A stretch of 32,427 nucleotides of DNA. Origin: Candidatus Hydrogenedentota bacterium. GTDB lineage: Bacteria; Hydrogenedentota; Hydrogenedentia; Hydrogenedentales; SLHB01. Every line of letters starts with the position of its first letter. Positions within the stretch are counted from its first letter, which is position 1. The stretch lies in NCBI GenBank assembly GCA_029974275.1, contig JARKSN010000201.1, forward strand, positions 1-32,427, in the 5' to 3' direction. The notes beneath the pieces were generated by a model. It searched no databases, was not told the origin of the DNA, and saw nothing but the letters and a program-made list of their open reading frames with translations. The position numbers were made by a program, and so were the translations under genes. Positions 24,293 through 32,427 of this stretch are shown in pieces.

Positions 24293-27200
24293 TCAGGCTC
24301 CGCCAAGAAAATCAAAGCTTATTTTTTTCTGGATGTTGGCGATCTGCGCAAAGGCCTCCCGGAGCAGCGTCTCCTCCATGTGCGTCAACGCCTTGGGGTT
24401 GATGGCATTGTCGGGCGGCAGATCTTTTGCGAGGGCGTTTGCCTGGTGTTCGAGGCGAAGGCGCATCAGGCAATCGTAAACTTGGATCGCTTCATCCTGG
24501 AGGGATTGGCGCAGCACGCCCATTTCCATGAGCGCGCGCATGCGATCCACGGTGTTGCTTTCCGCGACGTCGTGACGAAGCGCGTAAAGTCGCGCGAAGT
24601 TCACGACCGGCATCATGCCTTCCTTGATGTTGAATGTGGGCGAATGATCCTTGCCCGATTCCACGACAATCTTGCCGAAAAATCCTATCGGGCTTTTGTA
24701 CTGCAAGGCGTATTGCGCGTAGTGCAGCAGGAACGCGGGTTCCGTCTTGATCTCCGCCTCGATATGGCGGCGGAGGAGACCCGCATAGCTCTTCTCGCCG
24801 TGCACGACGCGGAAATCGAAAAACGTCATGGTATCCAGGATGCTTTGGGGTTCCGGAGCCCCAATCCAGTCGGAGAAATACCGTTTCCAGACTCGAAGCG
24901 GCTGACACCACCTGGGGTTGGCCGCCATGATGTTTCCCTCGCAACGGGGATAGCCCGCGCGTTCGAGCCAGTTGCATACCAGATCGCCAAGTCGGTTGAA
25001 GTACTCCTGCGCCGCGGACAGCGACGCGTCTTCCACGTCGTCGAAAACGATGGCGTTGTCCTGATCGCAGGCCAATGTCTGTTCCTCGCGTCCGGCGCTT
25101 CCGAGGGCGAGAAATGCGAAGCGAGCCGGAGGAGGCCCGATTTGCAGCATGGCGAGATGGATGAGTTGGCGCACAATGGCATCGGAAAGCGCGGTGATCG
25201 ATCGGGTGATGGTGCGTGTGCGCGCGCCGCCCACGATGAGGGCGTTTACCAGCCTTGGCAGGTCGCGGCGGAAGGAGGCGATCTCTTCCGGGGACGCGGC
25301 TCGCCCCACTTCCTGGAGCAACACCGCGAGGGTGTAGCGGTGGAAGTGAAGCAATTCGCGAATGTCGGCCATCCCGACAATCTGCCCCGCGTCGTCGCGC
25401 GCGACCAGATGGCGAATCTTTCGTTCCCGCATGACCAGGATCGCCTCGTAAACGGCGCACCGGTGCGAGATGTACACGACAGGGGAACTCATCACCCGGA
25501 ACAACGGCTCGTCAGGCGACAGGCCGGCGCCAACGACGCGTTCGCATATGTCCCGCTCGGTTACGATGCCGGCGACTTCATCTCCGGAGTTCACCAGAAT
25601 GGCGGAAGCGCCGTGCGCCGTCAAGCGTTCCACGGCGCGCGCAATTGGGTCGTGCATGTCGCAGGAAAGAACCTTCGTTGCGCAGGCAGAGACCGGCTCG
25701 TGAAGAAACATGAGCGAGCTTTGGAGTTCGGCAATCAAATTTTCTTGCTCGTTTTCGCGGCGTCTGCGTCCGTGATCGCGCAGATCGTGCGCGGCTAGGT
25801 CGCGCGCGGCCAGAATGAAGCCGGTTCGCCCCGCCGAAGAGACCGGGGTGATGGTGATGGCCGCCTCGACCGTCTCGCCTTCCTTCCGGCGCAGGAGCGT
25901 CTCGCAGAGCGGCGGGATGGGGCGCCCGTCGGATATCCGACGCACGATGCTGTCGGGCCCCGAGTCGTCCGGGAGGAGGTCGGCGACGTCCAGCAACGCG
26001 AATTCCGCCTCCGTGTAATGCAGCATCTCGGCCATTGTTTTATTGGCATAGGTGCAGCGTCCGTCGAGCACCATGAGTATCCCGTCCGTAGCCGCTTCGG
26101 CCAAAGTCAGGTACTTCTCATGCGATTCGCGCAGTTCGTCTTCGACATAACGCCGGCGCCGTTCGATGTTTAGGGTTTGAAGCGCCACAAAGGCAAGAAG
26201 CAGTATGCTGAGAATGGTAATGCCCAAGGAGACGCGGACCATTCGCGCCTCCATGGCCGCGATTTCTTTTTGCACGTCTTCCGTGTAAAGCCCCGTTCCA
26301 ACAATCCATCCCCACGGGAGGAATTTCTTGATGTAGGACTCCTTGGGAGCCAGCCTATTCGGGTCGTCTTTCCACTGCCAGACGTATTCGACATACGCGG
26401 CGTCCTGCGTCTTGAGGGCATTGACGAACTCGACGAAAATGGGGTCGCCGCGTTGATCCCTGAAATCGGTGAGATCGCGTCCGTTGAGTTCAGGGCGGTA
26501 CGGGTGGGACACCATCCGCGGATGGGTGTCCATCAGCCAGAAATAATCCTTCCCCTCTTTTCCATAGCGAAGGCCCTGGATGCGCTTGACGGCGGCCTCC
26601 TGCGCTTGTTCGAGCGACAGGCGTCCGCCACGCGCCTCATGGTCATATTCCGCCAGAATGCCGCACGCTATGTTGGTCAGTTCATGGATCATCTCGCGTT
26701 TGCGGTCCAGAAGTCTGGCCTCGAAATTCGGGATAATCACCTGATAGATGGCGAATATGAACAGCGCCGTGGCGAGGAACGTTGGAAGGACGATGCGGAG
26801 CAGAAACGAACCCCATCGCGCGTTGCTTTTTCTTTCTGGGACATCCCGCTTGGTTGATTCCTGGAGATGTGCGGAACTCTGGGCGAGGATGGAATCCCGA
26901 AATTGCTTCCAAAGCGGCGTGGGCATATCTATCCCCGCTTCGCAAAGCCCTGGGCGGGACAGGGCGTGGAAATCGCTGCCGGCGCTGATGCACAGCTGGT
27001 GTTTTTTCGCCAGTTCGATGAGGGCGTCTCGGGTTTCGTCAGAATAGCCGCAGTAGATCGCCTCGATGCCGTCGAGGCCCTGGCTTTTCAGATCGCACAG
27101 GAGCGCGTCAAGGGACTCCCAGGAAATATCCTGCCCCGGAGCGATGGGGTGCGCCAGCACCGCGATGCCGCCTGCTGCATGGAGCAGAGCAATGGCCTTG

Positions 27201-27604
27201 GCGATGGGGAGCAACGCGGGAGGCGCCCCCCGCCATGCATCCTCGCCCCCCGGGCGAAGCCACGTCTCTTGAACGGTGCCGGGGGGAGGCTGGCAACTGG
27301 CCGTGCGCTGGTTGCGAAGCGCCTCAAGCAGCGGCGCGTTTGTTGGATCAAAGCCGTATCCGAGCAGGTGCCGTTCGGCTCCATCGGAACCGAGGACCGT
27401 GATCTCGACTCCGGTGATGCACCCGATGCCCCTGCGCGCCGCCGCCTTGCGAAATGCTTCCGTGCCGTCACAGGAGTCGTGGTCGGTCAGGGCGGCGACG
27501 CGAACGCCATCTTCCGAAAGCAAAACGGCGAGCTCCTCGGACGAGAGCCCGCCGTCGCTCAAATTTGAGTGGCAATGAAAATTGACCCGCGTTTGCATGG
27601 TCAC
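24293..27604 (-). CDS. PHP - TM - sCache_2 - TM - PAS - CBS pair - DUF294 nucleotidyltransferase/DUF294_C fusion protein
   Basis: PHP motifs HCHSNLSDG, ALTDHD, GVEIT, HLLGY, VLAHP, GLDGIEAIY, AGSDFH. TM1 about 26805-26730. Cache motifs YFWLMD..PRMVSHP, YVEYVW, KESYIKKF.PWGWIVGTGLY. TM2 about 26235-26180, then PAS and CBS (GIVTERDI, VMSSP, IRHLV). NTase motif GSAGREEQTLACDQDNAI, GNIMAANPRWC, FFDFRVVHG, FNIKEG..PVVNFARLYAL. The GTG start overlaps the actP stop (alternative ATG 27598). Confidence 0.9.
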   Translation of the reverse strand: MTMQTRVNFHCHSNLSDGGLSSEELAVLLSEDGVRVAALTDHDSCDGTEAFRKAAARRGIGCITGVEITVLGSDGAERHLLGYGFDPTNAPLLEALRNQRTASCQPPPGTVQETWLRPGGEDAWRGAPPALLPIAKAIALLHAAGGIAVLAHPIAPGQDISWESLDALLCDLKSQGLDGIEAIYCGYSDETRDALIELAKKHQLCISAGSDFHALSRPGLCEAGIDMPTPLWKQFRDSILAQSSAHLQESTKRDVPERKSNARWGSFLLRIVLPTFLATALFIFAIYQVIIPNFEARLLDRKREMIHELTNIACGILAEYDHEARGGRLSLEQAQEAAVKRIQGLRYGKEGKDYFWLMDTHPRMVSHPYRPELNGRDLTDFRDQRGDPIFVEFVNALKTQDAAYVEYVWQWKDDPNRLAPKESYIKKFLPWGWIVGTGLYTEDVQKEIAAMEARMVRVSLGITILSILLLAFVALQTLNIERRRRYVEDELRESHEKYLTLAEAATDGILMVLDGRCTYANKTMAEMLHYTEAEFALLDVADLLPDDSGPDSIVRRISDGRPIPPLCETLLRRKEGETVEAAITITPVSSAGRTGFILAARDLAAHDLRDHGRRRRENEQENLIAELQSSLMFLHEPVSACATKVLSCDMHDPIARAVERLTAHGASAILVNSGDEVAGIVTERDICERVVGAGLSPDEPLFRVMSSPVVYISHRCAVYEAILVMRERKIRHLVARDDAGQIVGMADIRELLHFHRYTLAVLLQEVGRAASPEEIASFRRDLPRLVNALIVGGARTRTITRSITALSDAIVRQLIHLAMLQIGPPPARFAFLALGSAGREEQTLACDQDNAIVFDDVEDASLSAAQEYFNRLGDLVCNWLERAGYPRCEGNIMAANPRWCQPLRVWKRYFSDWIGAPEPQSILDTMTFFDFRVVHGEKSYAGLLRRHIEAEIKTEPAFLLHYAQYALQYKSPIGFFGKIVVESGKDHSPTFNIKEGMMPVVNFARLYALRHDVAESNTVDRMRALMEMGVLRQSLQDEAIQVYDCLMRLRLEHQANALAKDLPPDNAINPKALTHMEETLLREAFAQIANIQKKISFDFLGGA

Positions 27605-29526
27605 TTCGTCTTGGCAGTCCTCTGGTTGGTCATCAACGACACCAGCACCAGCGTGATGAAACTCAACGGGATGGATACGAACCCCGGATTGTCAAAAGGC
27701 ACGGGCGCGGTCAGCGGGTCCCATCCATATTGCTTATACATGCTCGGCGACAAGAGGATAAGCGTCAACGCGGTGAGAATGCCAACGACGATGGAGGCCG
27801 TGATGCCCAGCGCCGTCGTCTTCTTCCAGAACAGGAGCATGATGATCGCCGGCAGGTTCGCGGAGGCGGCCACGGCAAAGGCTAACCCCACCAGGAAATT
27901 CACGTTCATCCCTTTGAATAGAATTCCGAGGAAAATGGCCAGAATTCCGATGACGAACGCGGCGATCTTTCCCGCGCGCACCTTCTGTTTCTCGTTCATG
28001 GTCATCCCGGCGAAGCGGTCCATCAAGTCGTGCGCCACCGCGCCCGAGGCGGCCACGATCAGGCCGCTGACCGTTCCGAGCACGGTCGCGAACGCAATGG
28101 CGGAAATGATGGCGAACAAGAGCGTCCCGAAGGACTTTGCCAGCAGGGGAGCGGACATATTGTTGTCCGTGAGATTCACGACGCCGTTGACCATGGCGCC
28201 AAGCCCCATGAACAAGGTGAGGATATAGAAGAAGCCGATGGCGGCAATGGCGACAATGGTTGATTTGCGGGCGCAGGCCGGGCTCGGCACCGTGTAGTAC
28301 CGGATCAGGATATGCGGCAAGGCGGCCGTGCCGCAGAAGAGCGCCAGCATCAGCGAGATGAAGTCAAGTTTTTGGAGCGGCGTGCTGCCTTCCAGCTTGT
28401 ACTTCAGGCCCGGACGCAGGATCAGGTTGCCCGGGGTAAGGTTCGGGAAGTAGACCGTCACCTTATCGCCCGCCGCGTCGGCGAATGTCGCCGAAGCCCA
28501 GCGGCGTATGAGGGTGTCCTTGTCGCCAACCAAGGCAAGAAAACGGAAAGGCGAGATGCTTCCTGTAGCGGTTTCCGGCCCTGCGCGGCCTTGGAGAGAT
28601 TCGATATTGCCAACGTAGCGGAGTTGATTCTGCGGCGACGCAGGCGCTCCGTTGATGATCTTCTCTCCGGACGCGCCGACGGCAACCCACTGGGTCTCCA
28701 GGAACATGGGAACGCCGTCTTTCGTGTCCAGCTTCCACCACGAGGTCTGGCCGGCGTGGGCGAGTTTCACCAGAGACGCCTTTGGCGCCTTGGACTCTTG
28801 CCGCTCGACGATCTGCCACGCGGAATCGGCGGGAACCATCGCCCCCCCTTGATCCACCGCCGCCAACGCCTGGGGCTCGTGGAACGGCGTCTTTCCTTCT
28901 TTTCCCGGCGCCATCTGAGCGGGCGCGGTGGAAAGGCCGCGCACACAAACGGCAACGACCAGGATCAACGAGAAAATAATGAGCATCCCCCCTTTGAGGA
29001 ATTGCACATACGTGGTCGAGGTCATGCCGGCGGTGGCCACGATGGTGATGACGATGGCCCCGACGATGATGACGCCGACCGCGTGCGGCATGCCTAGCAG
29101 CGGCTCCACCAAGACGCCTGCCCCAACCATCTGCGGTATCAGGTAGCAGACCGAGACAATCAGCGTGCTCACCGCGGCGGCCAGTTTTATGCCCCGCGAG
29201 TCAAACTTGGAGTCGAGCGCGTCGGTGAATGTGTACTTTCCGAGGCGCTTCATCGGTTCGGCCACAATGAACAGCGCCACAATCCACCCCGCCAGGTATC
29301 CGATGGAGTAGAGAAACCCGTCGTATCCCACGGTGGCGATCATGCCGCAGATACCCAAAAACGATGCGGCGGACAGATAATCTCCCGCGAACGCGATGCC
29401 GTTAACCGACCAGTGGATGGAGCCGCCGGCGGCGTAGTAGCCGCTGGCGGATTTAGTGCGACGCCCCAAATAGAACGATAGGAAAAGAACCAGGCCAACG
29501 AAGAGGAGGAACACTATAATAGCCAT
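27601..29526 (-). CDS. actP: cation/acetate symporter ActP-like (SSS family) with a large hydrophilic insertion
   Basis: YYAAGGSI, NGIAFAGDYLSAASFLG, GYDGFLYSIGYLAGW, AEPMKRLGKYTFTD, YLIPQMVGAG, GTAALPHILIRYYTVP, AFATVLGTVSGL, AVAASANLP. ATG 29526 with RBS AAGGAGG, overlapping the upstream stop (TAATG). Confidence 0.92.
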   Translation of the reverse strand: MAIIVFLLFVGLVLFLSFYLGRRTKSASGYYAAGGSIHWSVNGIAFAGDYLSAASFLGICGMIATVGYDGFLYSIGYLAGWIVALFIVAEPMKRLGKYTFTDALDSKFDSRGIKLAAAVSTLIVSVCYLIPQMVGAGVLVEPLLGMPHAVGVIIVGAIVITIVATAGMTSTTYVQFLKGGMLIIFSLILVVAVCVRGLSTAPAQMAPGKEGKTPFHEPQALAAVDQGGAMVPADSAWQIVERQESKAPKASLVKLAHAGQTSWWKLDTKDGVPMFLETQWVAVGASGEKIINGAPASPQNQLRYVGNIESLQGRAGPETATGSISPFRFLALVGDKDTLIRRWASATFADAAGDKVTVYFPNLTPGNLILRPGLKYKLEGSTPLQKLDFISLMLALFCGTAALPHILIRYYTVPSPACARKSTIVAIAAIGFFYILTLFMGLGAMVNGVVNLTDNNMSAPLLAKSFGTLLFAIISAIAFATVLGTVSGLIVAASGAVAHDLMDRFAGMTMNEKQKVRAGKIAAFVIGILAIFLGILFKGMNVNFLVGLAFAVAASANLPAIIMLLFWKKTTALGITASIVVGILTALTLILLSPSMYKQYGWDPLTAPVPFDNPGFVSIPLSFITLVLVSLMTNQRTAKTK

Positions 29527-29819
29527 TAGTGGGTGCCCTCCTTGGAAGCCTGAGCGTCCAATTCCTGTTCTTTCCGGCTGCACATGACGGTATAGATAAG
29601 CGCGAGGATCAGGGCAAAGACAATCAGTCCAAACCCATACATGACGGCGACGTTCATTCCTAGGGCCACTGGCTTTTCCATCGCAACGGGTGAGAGTACG
29701 TTTTGCACGACAAATCCGCCATACAAAAGCGCGTAGACGAGAAACATCCAGACGCCTAGCCGCATCTTGTACGATGCGGCATGATCCTTGCCCGACTGCG
29801 CGGCGGGTTCATGTAACAT
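29526..29819 (-). CDS. DUF485 (YjcH-like) small two-TM partner of ActP
   Basis: 97 aa with two hydrophobic helices (LGVWMFLVYALLYGGFV; MNVAVMYGFGLIVFALILALIY), immediately upstream of actP as in yjcH-actP operons. RBS AAAGGTGG. Confidence 0.88.
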   Translation of the reverse strand: MLHEPAAQSGKDHAASYKMRLGVWMFLVYALLYGGFVVQNVLSPVAMEKPVALGMNVAVMYGFGLIVFALILALIYTVMCSRKEQELDAQASKEGTH

Positions 29820-30161
29820 GCGATCCACCTTTCTTGTTGTTCGCGCGTGAGCGTGCGCAACTTGTCCCGGCCCAACGGGGATTAGGCCGCCGCCGACTCT
29901 TCGAAGCGACTACCGTCAGTTGTAGCCCTTGTTTACTGCGTGCTTTATTTGGCGCGGGAGTTCCCCGAATCCGATGGCATGGGAGCAAGGCGACAGCTTG
30001 CCCGCCTTCCGCGCATCGTCTCAAGAACCCTGCCGGGGCGCCCCTCGCCCCCCCCTTTCGGCGCTTCAGAAAGCGCCTGCGGCGCAAGGGTTGCTCGCCC
30101 CCAGCGCCGGCCTCCGTTCCGCCCGGCGGCGTCAGTTTGCCATAGCGCGTTGCAATACGCA

Positions 30162-30191
30162 AGCGTTTGTTTGGACAGCGTTTGTTTGGCC
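30162..30191. repeat. 15-bp tandem direct repeat in the divergent intergenic region
   Basis: AGCGTTTGTTTGGAC followed by AGCGTTTGTTTGGCC (14/15 identical). Confidence 0.8.
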
Positions 30192-30506
30192 AAAATTCTT
30201 CGAGGCATTTTGATCGGGAATGGATGCGGTGCGGGGTTGTTGGCACGGACGGGCGATTCGCGGATGCGCGAATCACGGCGAACTCCGCAACGCCAATCGC
30301 CTGGATTTTGGACGCCATCCGGCGCGGCACATGGCGACCGCCACCCGCGCGCTTCTTGCCCGCCGCAGACAACAACGCAAAACCGGGGACGAAATGACGA
30401 AATTTGTCACGCAAGAACCATTCTGGACGCATCTCCTCGCGTCCGGCCCCGAAAATCTTTATGGCATCTTCTTTATTTTGAAGCCTTTATGTTCACTGCG
30501 CGGGCA

Positions 30507-30521
30507 TGGCACGTTTATTGT
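30507..30521 (+). promoter_or_regulatory. candidate sigma54 promoter of the pilin gene
   Basis: TGGCAC-GTTTA-TTGT: perfect -24 element, -12 element GT instead of GC, about 80 nt upstream of the ATG. Confidence 0.4.
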
Positions 30522-30602
30522 TCTTCCTCTCGCGATGTAGAAGGCGGCGTACGGGCAACGCAAGAGATGATCGGAAATGCCAAACGGCGCGGGAGAGGCG
30601 GC

Positions 30603-31091
30603 ATGCGTAAACACGACGGATTCACCTTGATAGAATTGATGATCGTGGTCACCATCATCGTTATCGTTGCCGCCGTGGCCATACCGAACATGGTCCGTTC
30701 GCGCATGAGCGCGAACGAGGCCAGCGCGGCGGGAGCCATCCGCACCATCTCGACAAGCGAATCCTGCTTCCAGTCCGCATGTTTTTTTGACAACGACGCC
30801 GACGGAAGGGGCGACTACGGGACGCTCGCGCAGTTGGCGAATCCAGACGGGGCAGGGCTTACCCCGCCGTTTATCGATCAGGTGCTGGGCAGCGGCCAGC
30901 GGCAGGGCTATGTGTACGCGATCGCCATTGTCATGGGAACGGCAGCGGCAAACCCCGCCTTCGCATGCACCGCGACGCCTCAAACCTCGCATCTGACCGG
31001 ATACCGACAATACTTCGTGGATGAAACAGGGGTCATTCGGTTTACAGCAGACGGGACGCCGGCAACGGCGGCTTCGCGTCCTTTGAGCTGA
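30603..31091 (+). CDS. type IV pilin-like protein (prepilin N-methylation/cleavage motif)
   Basis: MRKHDG|FTLIELMIVVTIIVIVAAVAIPN, a class III signal peptide with E5 and P22. Also 'ANEASA...RTI', 'GYVY', 'GYRQYFVDETGVIR'. 162 aa. The upstream extension in the ORF track is not supported. Confidence 0.92.
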   Translation: MRKHDGFTLIELMIVVTIIVIVAAVAIPNMVRSRMSANEASAAGAIRTISTSESCFQSACFFDNDADGRGDYGTLAQLANPDGAGLTPPFIDQVLGSGQRQGYVYAIAIVMGTAAANPAFACTATPQTSHLTGYRQYFVDETGVIRFTADGTPATAASRPLS

Positions 31092-31299
31092 CGTCCTACG
31101 CCAGAACGCGGTGTCCATCACGAAACAACCATCGGGCTGCGGGATGACGATGGCTGGAAGGAGCGGCGAGAGACCTCGCCGCTCCGGCGCTTTTGGGGGA
31201 GAATGGGCGTGTCTCAAGGTCCGGCGCATTGCGTGGCGCGATCCTGCTTTTCATTGGGATTTGCTTCGTGTATAACAGAGACACAAGGAGGGCAAGGCC

Positions 31300-31506
31300 A
31301 TGAGCGCACGACGATTCCGGGTATGCCTATGGTCGGGGGGGCGTGTGGTCGAAACGTGGATCACCACGAAAATGCCGTCTCAGGCCCCGAACGGAAACGG
31401 CTATCGCTTTCACACGGACGATACGGGCCTTCTCGTGGAAGTCATCGGCACGGTGTCCATCGAGGAAGGCGACTGGGAATACGAGAAGCTCGGTCCCCGG
31501 CTATAG
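31300..31506 (+). CDS. 68-aa hypothetical beta-rich protein
   Basis: Strong RBS AAGGAGG and upstream TTTTCA-N17-TATAAC (31248-31276). Globular-looking composition. Confidence 0.65.
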   Translation: MSARRFRVCLWSGGRVVETWITTKMPSQAPNGNGYRFHTDDTGLLVEVIGTVSIEEGDWEYEKLGPRL

Positions 31507-31581
31507 CGATCCGCCCGTTCTTTCGCGAGACCACGCGGCGTTCGCCGCAACGCGCGACGGCGAAAGGGCAAAGGAGACGAC

Positions 31582-31836
31582 ATGCCGGACCCTGATCGCG
31601 GCGAAGGATGGGGCCCCAAGGAATGGGCGGGAGCGGCCCGTCTGCTGACGTTGACGACCCAGTTGGGAATCACGATCGCGGCGCCGATTGTCGCGGGCGT
31701 GATCGGGGGATCGTACGTGGACGAATGGCTGGGCGCCCAGGGCATATGCGCCGCGCTCTTTGCATTCGTGGGCGTCGCCGCCGGGGGGTATGGGGCATTC
31801 CGGCTTCTCATGGGGGAATTGCGGTGGAAACCCTAA
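31582..31836 (+). CDS. AtpZ/AtpI-family (ATPase gene 1) protein
   Basis: 84 aa, 'QLGITIAAPIVAGVIGGSYVDEWLG...FVGVAAG'. RBS AAGGAG; first membrane gene of the atp operon. Confidence 0.85.
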   Translation: MPDPDRGEGWGPKEWAGAARLLTLTTQLGITIAAPIVAGVIGGSYVDEWLGAQGICAALFAFVGVAAGGYGAFRLLMGELRWKP

Positions 31837-32234
31837 AACGTTTTGAACGCATGACCCTTCTCTTTTCATTGGCGCTAACCCTTGCCGTTTCGGGAGGGGG
31901 CTATGTTTATTCGGCGCCTCTCGGCAAGGGCTTGTTGTTGGGCGGCGTGGCGGGAATGCTGGTATTCTGCCTGCACGCGCGCGCGATGAAGCGACTTGCA
32001 GACGCGCCGGTCAAAGGAGTATTATCCGCGCCGTCTGCGTGGACTTGGATGGGATGGGCCGTATATGCGGCGGTCCTGATCAAGGCGCATGGAGCGGATC
32101 CCGACCGCTTGCACGCTTTTTGGGGGGCGGCGGGGGGACTGATGTTCGTGCGCATCGCGGCGGTCTTCCTTGGCGTGACAGGATTGGACCTAAGGGCGGA
32201 AGGAGCGGAAGGAGCGGATGGAAGGAATCGGTGA
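31824..32234 (+). CDS. atpI: ATP synthase subunit I-like four-TM protein
   Basis: Four hydrophobic helices ('GLLLGGVAGML'), located between atpZ-like and atpB. Start GTG 31824 or ATG 31851. Confidence 0.7.
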   Translation: METLKRFERMTLLFSLALTLAVSGGGYVYSAPLGKGLLLGGVAGMLVFCLHARAMKRLADAPVKGVLSAPSAWTWMGWAVYAAVLIKAHGADPDRLHAFWGAAGGLMFVRIAAVFLGVTGLDLRAEGAEGADGRNR

Positions 32235-32427
32235 GCGGCTGATCATCCATTACGTGCCATTCACGGACCTCTCTATTTCAGGCGGCCTGAATATTCTAAC
32301 GGTCCTGAATACGCTCTTCGTGATGGCCCTTCTCTTGGCGTTTCTCTGGTGGGCGGTGCGGCGTTTCGCGGAAGTTCCCGGGCGCGCCCAATCGCTGGTG
32401 GAACTCTACCTGGGCGCTTTCGATTCG
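32218..32427 (+). CDS. atpB: F0F1 ATP synthase subunit a, 3'-truncated by the window edge
   Basis: Manual translation MEGIGERLII...TVLNTLFVMALLLAFLWWAVRRFAEVPGRAQSLVELY contains the subunit-a 'VPGRxQ..VE' motif, in atp operon context. Confidence 0.88.
   Translation, partial: MEGIGERLIIHYVPFTDLSISGGLNILTVLNTLFVMALLLAFLWWAVRRFAEVPGRAQSLVELYLGAFDS

Noticed and set aside
29990..30150. c-di-GMP-I or other known riboswitch upstream of the actP operon
   Set aside because: GGCAAAC is present on the minus strand, but the GNRA/receptor and GACGCAAAGC elements are not in the right arrangement. An Rfam scan is needed to exclude it fully.
29940..30602. 221-aa N-terminal extension of the pilin in the ORF track
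   Set aside because: The class III signal peptide must be near the N-terminus, ATG 30603 has an RBS, and the extension is low-quality sequence covering promoter-like elements.

Overview
GC-rich genomic window from a diderm bacterium: waaA indicates LPS, and flgM and pil genes indicate flagella and type IV pili. Gene style suggests a PVC/FCB-adjacent lineage such as Ca. Hydrogenedentota, which is inference only. In order: end of a carboxypeptidase-regulatory-like CDS; sigma28-driven flgM; waaA; a minus-strand pilus/secretin operon (PilM-PilN fusion, PilO-like, PilP-like, very large TPR/Gly-rich secretin); a PEGA+FGE-sulfatase lipoprotein; a secreted Asp-box protein; small ORFs and a sigma70-region-4-only regulator; an OmpA-domain protein; a GxGYxYP protein; a sigma28-driven Zn-ribbon microprotein; a multi-PAS hybrid histidine kinase; an atypical tRNA-His; a GH95-like hydrolase; a DUF485-actP-nucleotidyltransferase operon; a type IV pilin; and the start of the F-type ATP synthase operon. 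The most striking element is the last gene of the actP operon, a single polypeptide of PHP phosphoesterase - TM - sCache_2 - TM - PAS - CBS pair - DUF294 nucleotidyltransferase. It looks like a membrane receptor carrying both a nucleotidyl 'writer' and a candidate 'eraser', translationally coupled to a carboxylate transporter. Also notable are a tRNA-His lacking G-1/C73 and a stand-alone Zn-ribbon microprotein with a sigma28 promoter. No mobile elements, CRISPR arrays or rRNA were seen. All calls come from reading motifs by eye; no database searches were run.
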